Positions 27,465-36,812 of a DNA stretch of 64,000 bases are shown here, piece after piece. The DNA comes from Candidatus Woesebacteria bacterium GW2011_GWC1_42_9 (lineage in GTDB: Bacteria > Patescibacteriota > Microgenomatia > UBA8517): contig LCET01000005.1 in assembly GCA_000995185.1 (NCBI GenBank), positions 84,277 through 148,276 on the forward strand, written 5' to 3'. Each line of letters starts with the position of its first letter. The first letter of the stretch is position 1. The position numbers and the translations under genes are program-made. The notes below the pieces were generated by a model. The model did not search any database and was not told where the DNA came from. It saw only the letters and a program-made list of their open reading frames with translations.

Positions 27465-28133
27465 CTAGTCGCCGACTTTATAACCTACACCATGAATTGT
27501 CTTAATCAGATTCTTTTTAGAATCTGTGCCAATTTTCTTTCTTAAAGCTACTATAAAGACGTCCACAACATTGCTCATTCCATCAAAATTATAGTCCCAT
27601 ACGTGTTCAGTGATCATCGTTCTCGTCACCACCTCTCCTTTGTGTCTAAGCAATAGTTCTAAAACTGCAAATTCTTTAGGTGTGAGATTAATGATTTTTC
27701 CATCTCGCTTTACAACATGCTTAAGCGGATCTAGTTCTATACCATTGAGTGTAAGAACCGGAGAGATTTCTTGGTGGCTTCTTCTAATAAGCGCATGCAC
27801 CCGAGAGCGAAACTCAACAAAAGAGAATGGCTTGGTAACGTAATCATCAGCACCGCTATCAAGCCCGGAAACCTTATCTTCAGTTGTTGATTTAGCTGTA
27901 AGCATTAGGATTGGGGTTTTAATGTTTTTCTTCCGAAGCTCACGGCAAAGCTCTAAACCACTCATTTTAGGAAGCATAATGTCCAAGACAATAAGATCAT
28001 ATTGTTCACTTTCTGCTAAGTATTGTCCCTCTTCGCCATCAAAAGCCTGGTCAACTGCAAATCCATCTTCAACTAATCCCTTTTTAATAATATTCGAAAG
28101 CCGGTGTTCATCCTCAACAATCAAGACCCTCAT
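27465..28133 (-). CDS. OmpR-family response regulator
   Basis: Receiver LIVLDIMLP with the conserved Asp, and a C-terminal winged helix. Confidence 0.9.
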   Translation of the reverse strand: MRVLIVEDEHRLSNIIKKGLVEDGFAVDQAFDGEEGQYLAESEQYDLIVLDIMLPKMSGLELCRELRKKNIKTPILMLTAKSTTEDKVSGLDSGADDYVTKPFSFVEFRSRVHALIRRSHQEISPVLTLNGIELDPLKHVVKRDGKIINLTPKEFAVLELLLRHKGEVVTRTMITEHVWDYNFDGMSNVVDVFIVALRKKIGTDSKKNLIKTIHGVGYKVGD

Positions 28134-28189
28134 GGGCCTATTATATTAATAAATTATTAAAAAATCATTAAGACTTATATTTTTATTAA

Positions 28190-28459
28190 TTATCTCTTGC
28201 TGAAATAATTGTAGGACACCGCGAAAGCGTACCCGATGACCCAGGCAAAAATTACCGATGATGCCAAACCCACAGTAAATGTCCCAAGCGATAAATTCCA
28301 AGATCCAAGCCGGGTTAGTTCAATTCCATGCAACCATGACTGGCCAACCGAAAACATCAGATCAGGAAACAAACTAACTAGAATGCGACAAGCAACATAG
28401 ACAACTCCCGTCGTAGCGGCCAAAGCATTTGCTGTGGCGGTAGGGTTATTCTTCATCAT
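28190..28459 (-). CDS. Small hypothetical membrane protein (89 aa, 3 TM)
   Basis: Hydrophobic. No motif recognised. Confidence 0.4.
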   Translation of the reverse strand: MMKNNPTATANALAATTGVVYVACRILVSLFPDLMFSVGQSWLHGIELTRLGSWNLSLGTFTVGLASSVIFAWVIGYAFAVSYNYFSKR

Positions 28460-28498
28460 TTCTCACCTCCTTCTTAGATACTTTATATTTATATCACT

Positions 28499-29434
28499 TT
28501 ATACTCCACAACCACCACTTTTTTTGGGGGGCTGTTGAATAAGTCCTTTATCAGTTAACCATTGTTTAACCCTTTGCCAGCCTGAGGCAGATGAGTAATC
28601 CTTGCTCAATAAAATTTGAGCATCGATATCTTTGAAAGATTTGCCCTCTTTATTAGAAAAATAGAGTGCTATGTCATAATAGTTTCCTGGAAACCAAAAT
28701 GCATTAAAATATTTCCCGACTTCATACATTTGACTTTCGGTGGCGTCATTGCCGGCCATTAATTGAAGTACTCCTAAAAGGGCCATGCCATGGTTGCAAT
28801 CAGGGAAAGCGGTAGAATTATTGCAACAGGGTCTGAAAATATTTGAGGCGACCAGATAAACTCGCGCTTCCTGCTCTTTGGTTAGAGGAATAAGTGTGGA
28901 TTTTGAGTAATAAGTCATTGCGTCGCCCTTACCCAAGGTCCAACCGCCAGTTGAAGCAAAATTTCCGGCACCCTTTTTACCTCCATATTTCATCATGTCA
29001 CCGTCATCCAAAATCTGTGACTTGTTGGCCAAACCTACTGCCCAAAAAAAGTTTAGTAAAAAATAAGAATTATCACGGGTGATTTTAATTTTTTCGTTTG
29101 ATTCTTTGAGAAGTACCCCCTCTTGTTCTAATGTGAGGGGTTGACTCGATTTTTCATAAATAGCTTTAAACTTCTCCGGGTCAATAACCCCCATCGCTAT
29201 CATTTTAGGACCTAAGTCGCCATATGTAGCGCCAATCTCAAAACCATCCACTGGATTAATTTCGTTAAACAAAGTGTCTTTACTAGTTGCAGTCGATATG
29301 GTGGAAGTGTCCTCAGCTGTCTTGAATCTGCTCACTCTAAGTTTCATGACTTGTGGAATATAAAGTACAACTACCAATATTAAATTAGCAACTATACTAA
29401 TTATAAGGACTAACAACAGTTTATTTTTCTTCAT
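28499..29434 (-). CDS. Hypothetical Cys-rich exported protein
   Basis: N-terminal TM anchor, motif RPCCNNSTAFPDCNHG, C-terminal ...KKSGGCGV. Confidence 0.5.
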   Translation of the reverse strand: MKKNKLLLVLIISIVANLILVVVLYIPQVMKLRVSRFKTAEDTSTISTATSKDTLFNEINPVDGFEIGATYGDLGPKMIAMGVIDPEKFKAIYEKSSQPLTLEQEGVLLKESNEKIKITRDNSYFLLNFFWAVGLANKSQILDDGDMMKYGGKKGAGNFASTGGWTLGKGDAMTYYSKSTLIPLTKEQEARVYLVASNIFRPCCNNSTAFPDCNHGMALLGVLQLMAGNDATESQMYEVGKYFNAFWFPGNYYDIALYFSNKEGKSFKDIDAQILLSKDYSSASGWQRVKQWLTDKGLIQQPPKKSGGCGV

Positions 29435-30245
29435 GGCCTTTGTATTTCAACAACTTATAAAAAGTAAATAAAACAATCCCAAAAACAAACAGATCTACTA
29501 TTGGGTTTTGGAAATACTTAGCAATTTCAAAAACGATCAGGCGGATTTTTTGGCTATATAGCTCCATTTGATTCATCTGAATTTTTCCCTGAAAGTTATA
29601 CACAGCAATTAAAATCCCTGTAAAAAAGAATATTCCGGCGCCCAAATAATTCAGCACGTTATAAATCTTATGCCTATTAGGTCCAGCAATTTTTGCCGTC
29701 GCTTTTTCATAAAATATCGACATAACAAAAAGAGGCATCACGATGCCGACTACATAGGCCAAGGAAACAATTAATGCTTGGAAGAGGGAGGGCGATAAAG
29801 ATGTAAGCGTTACTGCAACAAACAATACTGGTGCACAGCAGGCTGAGGTCAAGCCAGACATAAGCCCCAGTCCAAACACGCTCGCGGCATCAACCTTCTT
29901 GCCCTGAAGGCTAGTTACATGGAATATTTGCGGCAAATGGAAGATTGGCTTAAGCGTCATAACCCCCATTAGAATCATGACTAACGCACCAAAGTAATAA
30001 ATAGCTTCGTGATAAGCATCGAAGAAAAAAATGACAGATCGAACACCTAAGGCTATCGGCACCAATACAAAAGCCAGGCCTAAGGCAAAAATAAAAGTAT
30101 AGTACATGACCCTTTTTTGCTCTCTAAAAATTGTCCCAAGATAAGAAGGAAATAGAAACGTAATGCAACACGGCGCAAATAAAGCCATTACTCCGGCCAA
30201 AAAAGAAGCGGTTAACGATATTCCGAATAGAAAATTTGAATCCAT
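29421..30245 (-). CDS. CcdA/DsbD-like thiol-disulfide membrane transporter
   Basis: Two repeats with TM Cys doublets: LFAPCCITFLFPSYL and LTSACCAPVLFV. Confidence 0.55.
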   Translation of the reverse strand: MDSNFLFGISLTASFLAGVMALFAPCCITFLFPSYLGTIFREQKRVMYYTFIFALGLAFVLVPIALGVRSVIFFFDAYHEAIYYFGALVMILMGVMTLKPIFHLPQIFHVTSLQGKKVDAASVFGLGLMSGLTSACCAPVLFVAVTLTSLSPSLFQALIVSLAYVVGIVMPLFVMSIFYEKATAKIAGPNRHKIYNVLNYLGAGIFFFTGILIAVYNFQGKIQMNQMELYSQKIRLIVFEIAKYFQNPIVDLFVFGIVLFTFYKLLKYKGHEEK

Positions 30246-30247
30246 AG

Positions 30248-30712
30248 TTATTTTACTTTTGCTTTAATACTAAAAACTAATTTCTGATTCTCCGGATCAT
30301 TGGTAATTACATATACTTCTCTCTCAACTAGTCCATACACAGGCATAGTAGCTGGTCGATAAGTAAGTCGGACTGTAGCGGTATCTCCTGGTGCAATTTC
30401 AGTCACAAACCCACTCTGCGAGTGCATACTGTACTCTTTGCTCGTTTCGCCTTTGTAAATAATTTGCCCGGTTGTACAACCACAACTTGAGTTAACGTTG
30501 AGAATTTGTAGAGGTTTCGTTCCAATATTTTTTAGAGTGTAATCTTGCTGTTTTACATCTGATACTTTAATTTCACCTATGTCAAAAAAGATCTGTGATG
30601 TTTCCGCCCTCGGACGATCAGAATCTGGTACTGAAATGTTTCTAGTAAAAGCCAATCCAGCGATGGCTCCAAATAAAAGAATAAGACTAATAATAACCGC
30701 CTTAAATGACAT
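30248..30712 (-). CDS. DUF1573-domain protein (CGC motif)
   Basis: Signal anchor then ...LKNIGTKPLQILNVNSSCGCTTGQ...IAPGDTATV..., the DUF1573 consensus. Confidence 0.75.
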   Translation of the reverse strand: MSFKAVIISLILLFGAIAGLAFTRNISVPDSDRPRAETSQIFFDIGEIKVSDVKQQDYTLKNIGTKPLQILNVNSSCGCTTGQIIYKGETSKEYSMHSQSGFVTEIAPGDTATVRLTYRPATMPVYGLVEREVYVITNDPENQKLVFSIKAKVK

Positions 30713-30740
30713 CTGATAACCAATCTTACAATTGAAGGAG

Positions 30741-31472
30741 TTAAGATTTTATTAAGATCTGTAAATACATCACAAGAGCTCCCAAAATCACCAAAAAATA
30801 TTTTCTAATACCTGGAATCCTGCTATCCTCCTCCACCTGCGGCAAAAAGTCGCTTGCACCCAAATACAAAAATATCCCCGCCGAAATTGCCAAAAATATC
30901 CCTATCTTGTCTGGGGTATCTTTAAAATAAAAATAAACCAGGAGCGCTCCCGGAAAAGTAGCCAAAGCTGAGAATAAATTAATTAGAAATGTTCTTTGTT
31001 TTGTATACCCTGCTTTGATCAATATCCCAAAATCACCTATTTCGTGAGGTGTCTCATGTAAAAAAGTCGCAAGAGCAACCACTAATCCAAATTTAGGCTC
31101 AATCAAGTAGCTTGAGGCAATGGCGATCCCATCGATGACATTGTGGATCGTGTCCCCAACGATCACTAGAGGGATTGCCGATTCTAAATCGTTCCTCCTC
31201 CCCTCATGATGGTGTAAATGACAAAAAAACTGCTCAAACAAAAAAGAAGCAATAAATGAAACTAAAACGACCGTAAAGGCAATGTCCCCTGCCAGCTCAC
31301 TCGCCTCAGGTATCAAATTAATAATCGAAACAGATAAAAGCACCCCTGCCGCAAAAGGAACCGCGTTATGGCTTAGTGCCCTCGCCCAAGAGTTTTTGAC
31401 CAAAAAAAACACTCCGCCAATCAGCCCTGCAATACTCCCAAGCGCCGTGAGTAACAGTATTTCCACTAACAT
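30741..31472 (-). CDS. ZIP-family divalent metal transporter (ZupT-like)
   Basis: HNVIDGIAIASS and HETPHEIGDFG metal-binding TM motifs. Confidence 0.85.
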   Translation of the reverse strand: MLVEILLLTALGSIAGLIGGVFFLVKNSWARALSHNAVPFAAGVLLSVSIINLIPEASELAGDIAFTVVLVSFIASFLFEQFFCHLHHHEGRRNDLESAIPLVIVGDTIHNVIDGIAIASSYLIEPKFGLVVALATFLHETPHEIGDFGILIKAGYTKQRTFLINLFSALATFPGALLVYFYFKDTPDKIGIFLAISAGIFLYLGASDFLPQVEEDSRIPGIRKYFLVILGALVMYLQILIKS

Positions 31473-31502
31473 AATATTTAAATATTAACATACTTATGTT
31501 AA
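31473..31502. promoter_or_regulatory. Two adjacent perfect palindromes (AATATTTAAATATT and TTAACATA-CT-TATGTTAA) abutting the ZIP start codon
   Basis: 14-nt and 18-nt inverted repeats at 31473-31486 and 31485-31502, in the divergent region between ZIP and the 31520 ORF. Confidence 0.45.
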
Positions 31503-31519
31503 CCTTTTTGTGAACAAAA

Positions 31520-31840
31520 ATGGCCCAGCCAAAATACAAAGAGTATGTAGAAAAGATGCTTACTGCAAACACTGAGCTTTTTGCCGCCTTCAGAAAAATC
31601 CATGATCGATATGTCCTTAACCCAGAAAAATATCAGGAGGAATTTAATGAGGCTGGACGCGAAGTGATGAGCGTTATAAACGACTTTGAGGATCGATTAT
31701 GTTCCCAGAGTGAGCGGGGGGGCTACGGAAGCTTTACTACTAAGCTTGCAGAAAAATTTAGAGCAGAGATAAAAAAGCATTTTAGCGAGATTGATAAAGT
31801 GGGTATCGTAGTCTTCAAAGTTCCAAAAATTAATCTCTAG
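31520..31840 (+). CDS. Hypothetical protein
   Basis: 106 aa, charged/helical, weak SD. Confidence 0.4.
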   Translation: MAQPKYKEYVEKMLTANTELFAAFRKIHDRYVLNPEKYQEEFNEAGREVMSVINDFEDRLCSQSERGGYGSFTTKLAEKFRAEIKKHFSEIDKVGIVVFKVPKINL

Positions 31841-31913
31841 AGTCCCCAAAAAATTGACTTTTTTGGCATAAATTGTTACTATAGGCCATCGACAATTAAC
31901 AGGAGATATTTTC

Positions 31914-32105
31914 ATGCCGATTGAAAATATTATGTTCGCGCTCATTATCGTTTTTTTGGTCATGCTCAGCCTGAGCGTCATTTTCGAGAACCGTTCAAAG
32001 GCGTGCCCGCCTATGATCACTCCCTACAAGGAAGATCTCCCCCGTACCCACTATGAACACGGCGAGCGAGCGGCCAGGCGCAAAAGACGACGGGTGAAAG
32101 CATAA
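31914..32105 (+). CDS. Hypothetical small membrane protein with basic tail
   Basis: 63 aa, one TM, C-terminal RRKRRRVKA. Confidence 0.3.
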   Translation: MPIENIMFALIIVFLVMLSLSVIFENRSKACPPMITPYKEDLPRTHYEHGERAARRKRRRVKA

Positions 32106-32150
32106 TTATTTTTGGAGGGTGAAGCCACCTTTGCCCTCCTTAGGTCTTTA

Positions 32151-32558
32151 CTAAAAGCTCACTTCAAAATCCAAAAGTGGAATATTTAGAGCGTCCTCGC
32201 GAACACGGGTTTCATCAAACTTCTTTTCAAGCTCTTCAAGTGCCTTTCCAATCGCCTGCACTTCCGGATCGCTTGCATATTGGGACAGCTCCCCCTCTTC
32301 CAGCCCGTCTCCACTCTCCTCTGTAGTCTCAGGTGAAGGTGTTGGCACAACAGTAGCCGGCTCACCATTGTTCGCTACCATGCTTGCCACAACTGCCAAT
32401 ACTAATAATGCCATCAAAATTCCCACAATAATCATGATCAATCTAGCTCTGCTAAATCTCCGCTTCTCCGGCGGCGTTTCCACTGGCACCGGCACTTGCC
32501 CCTGTACCTGTACCTGTTCCTGAACTTGAGTTTGAACCTCTTGTTTATCTTCTTGCAT
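32151..32558 (-). CDS. Hypothetical membrane-anchored acidic protein
   Basis: Q/V-rich N-terminus, TM, acidic C-terminus. Confidence 0.4.
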   Translation of the reverse strand: MQEDKQEVQTQVQEQVQVQGQVPVPVETPPEKRRFSRARLIMIIVGILMALLVLAVVASMVANNGEPATVVPTPSPETTEESGDGLEEGELSQYASDPEVQAIGKALEELEKKFDETRVREDALNIPLLDFEVSF

Positions 32559-33379
32559 TATTTTGTTCTTATTCCCCTTAATATCTCACGAACGTACTGA
32601 TTGGCTTCATCTAAATATTGCACCGACTCCTGCAACCGAAAAAGACCACTGTTATAAGCTTCGGATGTGTCTTTAGTTTTGGGGTTTTGGATTTCCGCTA
32701 AATGAGTCATAGAATCATCATATTTCTCTTGGCTGCGAGTGAGCTTGTACTCGGTTTCAATGATCCAGCGGTCAACCACTTGGCTATTAAAACCATCATC
32801 TGATGATAATTGGGCAACTTTAATTTTTAATTTTGTAAAGAGTTCCTCGACCTGTTCGCGCAGATCAAGAACTTTTCCTTGAGAAATCACAAGAAGAGCT
32901 TCATAGCTTAGGCTTTTTGAAAGCTCGAAATGGTCTTTAGCTTCATCGGAATCTGCCGTTAAATCTTCCAGCGTACCGGCACTATGGATCCGCGATTTAT
33001 GATCATTAAACCAAGCTACATCGGCATCAAGTCTAGTTAACAATCCAGTCTCGCCTAACCTCATCCTAATTGCAGTCAGATAAGTAGCTACCGCATTATC
33101 ACGGGCTTCGAGTATTTTGGCAGTTGCATCGCGGGCGGCAGTTTGCGCAGTCAAAGTCTTTGCTTGCTGATACTGCGAACGAGCAAGCAGATACTCCGAG
33201 TGCGACTTCCGATAAAGATCAAGAGTATAAACATAATCGCTATATGCGCGATTATAATCAAACCCCTCCTGTGCAAAAGTAATTTGCGTACTGCTAAAAA
33301 CAAACAAAAATCCAACGAATAAACTAATTAATTTCTTGACCATAACTAATCTTACAATATTATCCTTTTTAATCCACAA
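32558..33379 (-). CDS. Hypothetical secreted coiled-coil protein
   Basis: Signal peptide then long helical segments. Confidence 0.45.
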   Translation of the reverse strand: MWIKKDNIVRLVMVKKLISLFVGFLFVFSSTQITFAQEGFDYNRAYSDYVYTLDLYRKSHSEYLLARSQYQQAKTLTAQTAARDATAKILEARDNAVATYLTAIRMRLGETGLLTRLDADVAWFNDHKSRIHSAGTLEDLTADSDEAKDHFELSKSLSYEALLVISQGKVLDLREQVEELFTKLKIKVAQLSSDDGFNSQVVDRWIIETEYKLTRSQEKYDDSMTHLAEIQNPKTKDTSEAYNSGLFRLQESVQYLDEANQYVREILRGIRTK

Positions 33380-34043
33380 TCTTTATCCTCCCGCCGCTGT
33401 AGGTGACCAAAAATCCGTTTAATGACTTTATCTGAACTTTATACAAATTTCTTCCCCTCCAAAGGGCAAGATTTGTGGAAACTTTTTGTACATAATCAGA
33501 ATTATTGATCGTTGAAATCTCGCTACCTGAAACGCCAATTTTATTAGTATCATCCCAAAGCCTCGCAAAGGCCTGCCCGTTAGCATGAGCTACTTTCAAG
33601 GAAGCCTCCCAAGTGACATACGCGTCAGCACTGTAATCATTCACAAGATCAATATAGACCGCTGTGTCGTCAATCGTTTTCCAGTCTGTGTCCGTAGTGG
33701 TTGCGGTTGAACCAAGAGAGATAAAATCCGTCCCGCCTGAAGTACTCACTTCTTTGATGATTGTTTCCGTGCTTTTACTTCCAGAAATTGTCGCCACTGC
33801 CGCACTCACTGCTTTCTCGATCTCTTCTTTACAACTCTCCCCGCAAACATCAACCGTCTTTTCAACCACTTGCCCACTATCTGTGACAACTCTTTCTACC
33901 ACAGGGGCCGGCGGGGTGGACGCAATTTGAAAAAGATTAAATACTGCAAAGCTTAGTCCTGAGACAACTATGACTAAAGCGGCCAAAACAAAATATACTA
34001 ATTTTACGGGCAGATTATTCATTACTTTTTTTGCCGAAGGCAC
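33369..34043 (-). CDS. Hypothetical membrane-anchored extracellular protein
   Basis: N-terminal TM, Ser/Thr-rich linker, beta-rich C-terminus. Translationally coupled to cysS. Confidence 0.45.
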   Translation of the reverse strand: MPSAKKVMNNLPVKLVYFVLAALVIVVSGLSFAVFNLFQIASTPPAPVVERVVTDSGQVVEKTVDVCGESCKEEIEKAVSAAVATISGSKSTETIIKEVSTSGGTDFISLGSTATTTDTDWKTIDDTAVYIDLVNDYSADAYVTWEASLKVAHANGQAFARLWDDTNKIGVSGSEISTINNSDYVQKVSTNLALWRGRNLYKVQIKSLNGFLVTYSGGRIKIVD

Positions 34044-35454
34044 TTCTTCTACTTAACTTGGCGCCACTTTCTCCATCTTTAATTATAAACCCTTGATTCT
34101 CAATCTTTTCCCTGATCTTATCAGCCATTGCGAAATCTCCTTTCTGTCGATACTCCTCTCTTTTCTTTGCTAATTTTATTAGATCTTGAGGTATTTTCGC
34201 CTCCTCCACTCCCCGCAGGTTAAGCCCTAAGACGTCATCAAAATCATAGAGCAAATCTAATTTATCTCGACTGGGGAGATTACTTTTAAGAGTGCTCCAA
34301 ACTACCGCCATTACCTTTGGCATATCCAAATCATCTTCCAAGTACCCCCTAAATTCCGACCGAAAATTATCAATTTTATCTAATTTTTCGGAAGAGAGCT
34401 CATCACCTAGACTAGCTTTAAGTTCCCTCACACGTTCATAAAGATTATTTAGCGCGTTTTGACTTCCCTCCAATGCCTCCCAAGTAAAATTAAGGCTATC
34501 GCGATAATAAGCTGAATAATAAAAAAGTTTGAGGGCAAGAGGGTCAATACCTCGCTTTTTAATATCACCCAAACTATACGCATTTCCCAAGCTCTTTCCC
34601 ATTCTCCCGCCATCTACCTTCAAAAATGCGCCATGAACCCAATACTTCACAAAAGGCTTTCCTGTCGCGCCCTCGCTTTGTGCTATTTCGTTTGGATGGT
34701 GAGTGCTTCTCAGGTCCTCGCCGCCAATATGAATATCCAAAGTTTCACCTAAATATTTCATGCTCATCGCGGAGCACTCGATATGCCACCCCGGAAAACC
34801 AACCCCCCACGGGCTCTCCCACTCCATCTGTCGTCCTTCTCCTTTTTTAGAAAACTTCCAAAGGGCGAAATCGCGCGGATTTTTTTTCTCAACATTCTTT
34901 TCAACCCTCGCCCCCTCCTTAATTTTGTCCAAATCAGAAAGCTCCCCATACTTTTTACCAGTAGCCCTCTCATATTCCTTTGTATCAAAGTAAACTCCAT
35001 CACTTGTTTCATAAGTAAGCCCATTTTTCTGAAGCTTTTCGATAAGCGCAATCTGCTCCGAGATATGATTAGTTGCCTTGGGGTACTTATTTGGCTTAAT
35101 TAAATTCAAATCGCTAAACTCACTCAAAAACTTACCACCATAAAACTTAGCAATATCCCACGCGCTTTTCGCCTCGCGCTTGGCGGCCTTTTCCAATCGG
35201 TCCTCTCCTGTATCGGCATCTCCAAGATTGTCCCCCGTCAAGTGCCCTACATCCGTCAAATTCATCACATAATTAGTTTCATACCCTAAATATTTAAGCG
35301 TCCTCACTAGTAAATCAGAAGTCACATAAGTCCTCCAGTTCCCTATATGAGCGTAATAATAAACAGTCGGTCCGCAAGTATAAATATTAATTTGGGGAGG
35401 ATTAAGGGGAGTAAATCTTTCGATCTTTCTTGAGAGCGAATTATAAATCTTCAT
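34015..35454 (-). CDS. cysS: Cysteine--tRNA ligase
   Basis: HIGH motif region (YAHIGNWR), Zn-binding Cys, KMSKS-type motif (RMGKSLGN). Confidence 0.95.
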   Translation of the reverse strand: MKIYNSLSRKIERFTPLNPPQINIYTCGPTVYYYAHIGNWRTYVTSDLLVRTLKYLGYETNYVMNLTDVGHLTGDNLGDADTGEDRLEKAAKREAKSAWDIAKFYGGKFLSEFSDLNLIKPNKYPKATNHISEQIALIEKLQKNGLTYETSDGVYFDTKEYERATGKKYGELSDLDKIKEGARVEKNVEKKNPRDFALWKFSKKGEGRQMEWESPWGVGFPGWHIECSAMSMKYLGETLDIHIGGEDLRSTHHPNEIAQSEGATGKPFVKYWVHGAFLKVDGGRMGKSLGNAYSLGDIKKRGIDPLALKLFYYSAYYRDSLNFTWEALEGSQNALNNLYERVRELKASLGDELSSEKLDKIDNFRSEFRGYLEDDLDMPKVMAVVWSTLKSNLPSRDKLDLLYDFDDVLGLNLRGVEEAKIPQDLIKLAKKREEYRQKGDFAMADKIREKIENQGFIIKDGESGAKLSRRSAFGKKSNE

Positions 35455-35847
35455 TTAATTGCGTCTTTTCAACAATTCTCCGGTACCGGGGATATTTGAC
35501 CCCTTTTTGTGCGGCGGCTCGACAGGAGATGTGATCGCCGACTCGTCCATCTTCTTTGCTTCTTCAGCGTGGGCTTTAGTGATCTCATCTTCTTCTCCAC
35601 GGCGAACATCGCGCTCCTTCCTTTCTTTTCTTAAAATCTCCATTTCTTCTTCCAAGCGCTTCAATCTCTCGCGATCAATTGCTACTTGGTCGACTTCATT
35701 CACTTCCCCCTTTACGCTTTTCTGCTGCATTGCCTCGGTAATCGGCGAAGGACCAGAACTTTTTGCAACTTGTTTGGAAGCAGACTTCACCAGCTCACCT
35801 AACTCTTCGATTGCTCTTTTAGTTACCACGTTCGTTCTTTTTTTCAT
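35455..35847 (-). CDS. Hypothetical charged protein
   Basis: 130 aa, K/E-rich, no motif. Confidence 0.4.
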   Translation of the reverse strand: MKKRTNVVTKRAIEELGELVKSASKQVAKSSGPSPITEAMQQKSVKGEVNEVDQVAIDRERLKRLEEEMEILRKERKERDVRRGEEDEITKAHAEEAKKMDESAITSPVEPPHKKGSNIPGTGELLKRRN

Positions 35848-36467
35848 AATGCTCTTCTCCCCTCCATTGCCTCCATTAGCGTAGTCTCATCTGCAAACTC
35901 CAAGCTTGCACCTGTCGGGATGCCGCGTCCAAGACGAGTAATCACAAGAACATCGCCATTCACAGGGACTTCTTCCCGCAGGCGCTTCGTCAGATACATC
36001 GCCGTAGCTTCTCCCTCCATTGTCGGGTTTGTCGCAACTACAACCTCTTTTATCTTTTTACTCTCTTTCTTTTTCACTCTAATTACAAGATCCTCAATAT
36101 ATAGCTCATCTGGGCCGATATTATCCAGTGGATTTATCGCCCCATGCAAGACATGATAAACCCCATTATATTTCCCCGTCCTTTCAAAAGCCAGAATATC
36201 CAGAGGCTGCTCGACAACTAAAACTTGCGACTTGTCGCGGTTATTATCATCACAAATCGGGCAAGGGTCGGTTTCGGAAATATTTTTGCACACTCCACAA
36301 AGCTTAGTATCGCGCTTCACTCGCAAAACGGCTCTAGAAAAACTATCCAATTCACTTTGGGGGACATGAAGCAAATAGTACGAAAGCCTTTGAGCGGTTT
36401 TTGGGCCAATGCCAGGAAGCTTTTGGAATGAATCGATCAAATTAGACAACGGACGAGCAATTTTCAT
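35844..36467 (-). CDS. recR: Recombination protein RecR
   Basis: HhH (GIGPKTAQR), C4 zinc finger (CGVC...CPIC), Toprim. Confidence 0.95.
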   Translation of the reverse strand: MKIARPLSNLIDSFQKLPGIGPKTAQRLSYYLLHVPQSELDSFSRAVLRVKRDTKLCGVCKNISETDPCPICDDNNRDKSQVLVVEQPLDILAFERTGKYNGVYHVLHGAINPLDNIGPDELYIEDLVIRVKKKESKKIKEVVVATNPTMEGEATAMYLTKRLREEVPVNGDVLVITRLGRGIPTGASLEFADETTLMEAMEGRRAL

Positions 36468-36555
36468 AATCCCATTTTAACAGAATAATTCAAACCATGT
36501 TACAATTCCTAGAAGCTTTATGCCGTCCGCACCTTGCAATAAATAGGAGAGAACT

Positions 36556-36768
36556 ATGCTCACAGGAGTACGCTTCAATTGGATGGGAAAAGGTATTTAT
36601 TTTGTACACGATCCTGGATGCATCACTCTAGCAAATATCGACACCGACAAAAAGAGCTTTGAAGAGATTATAAAAAACTTCGAAGCCGAAGTCGTCTTAA
36701 AAAAGCCTTCTGTCGGCAATGTTATCTGCAATCGTGTAATCAGTGACGTAAAAGACTTTGTGGATTAA
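36556..36768 (+). CDS. Hypothetical small protein
   Basis: 70 aa, preceded by AGGAGAG and a TGTTACAAT extended -10 at 36498-36506. Confidence 0.4.
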   Translation: MLTGVRFNWMGKGIYFVHDPGCITLANIDTDKKSFEEIIKNFEAEVVLKKPSVGNVICNRVISDVKDFVD

Positions 36769-36781
36769 TTTCCCTACAAAC

Positions 36782-36812
36782 AAAAACCTCTTGGGATACC
36801 GAGGGGTTTTTT
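36782..36812. terminator. Probable bidirectional terminator
   Basis: cctc...gagggg hairpin flanked by an A-run and a T-run, between convergent genes. Confidence 0.4.
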
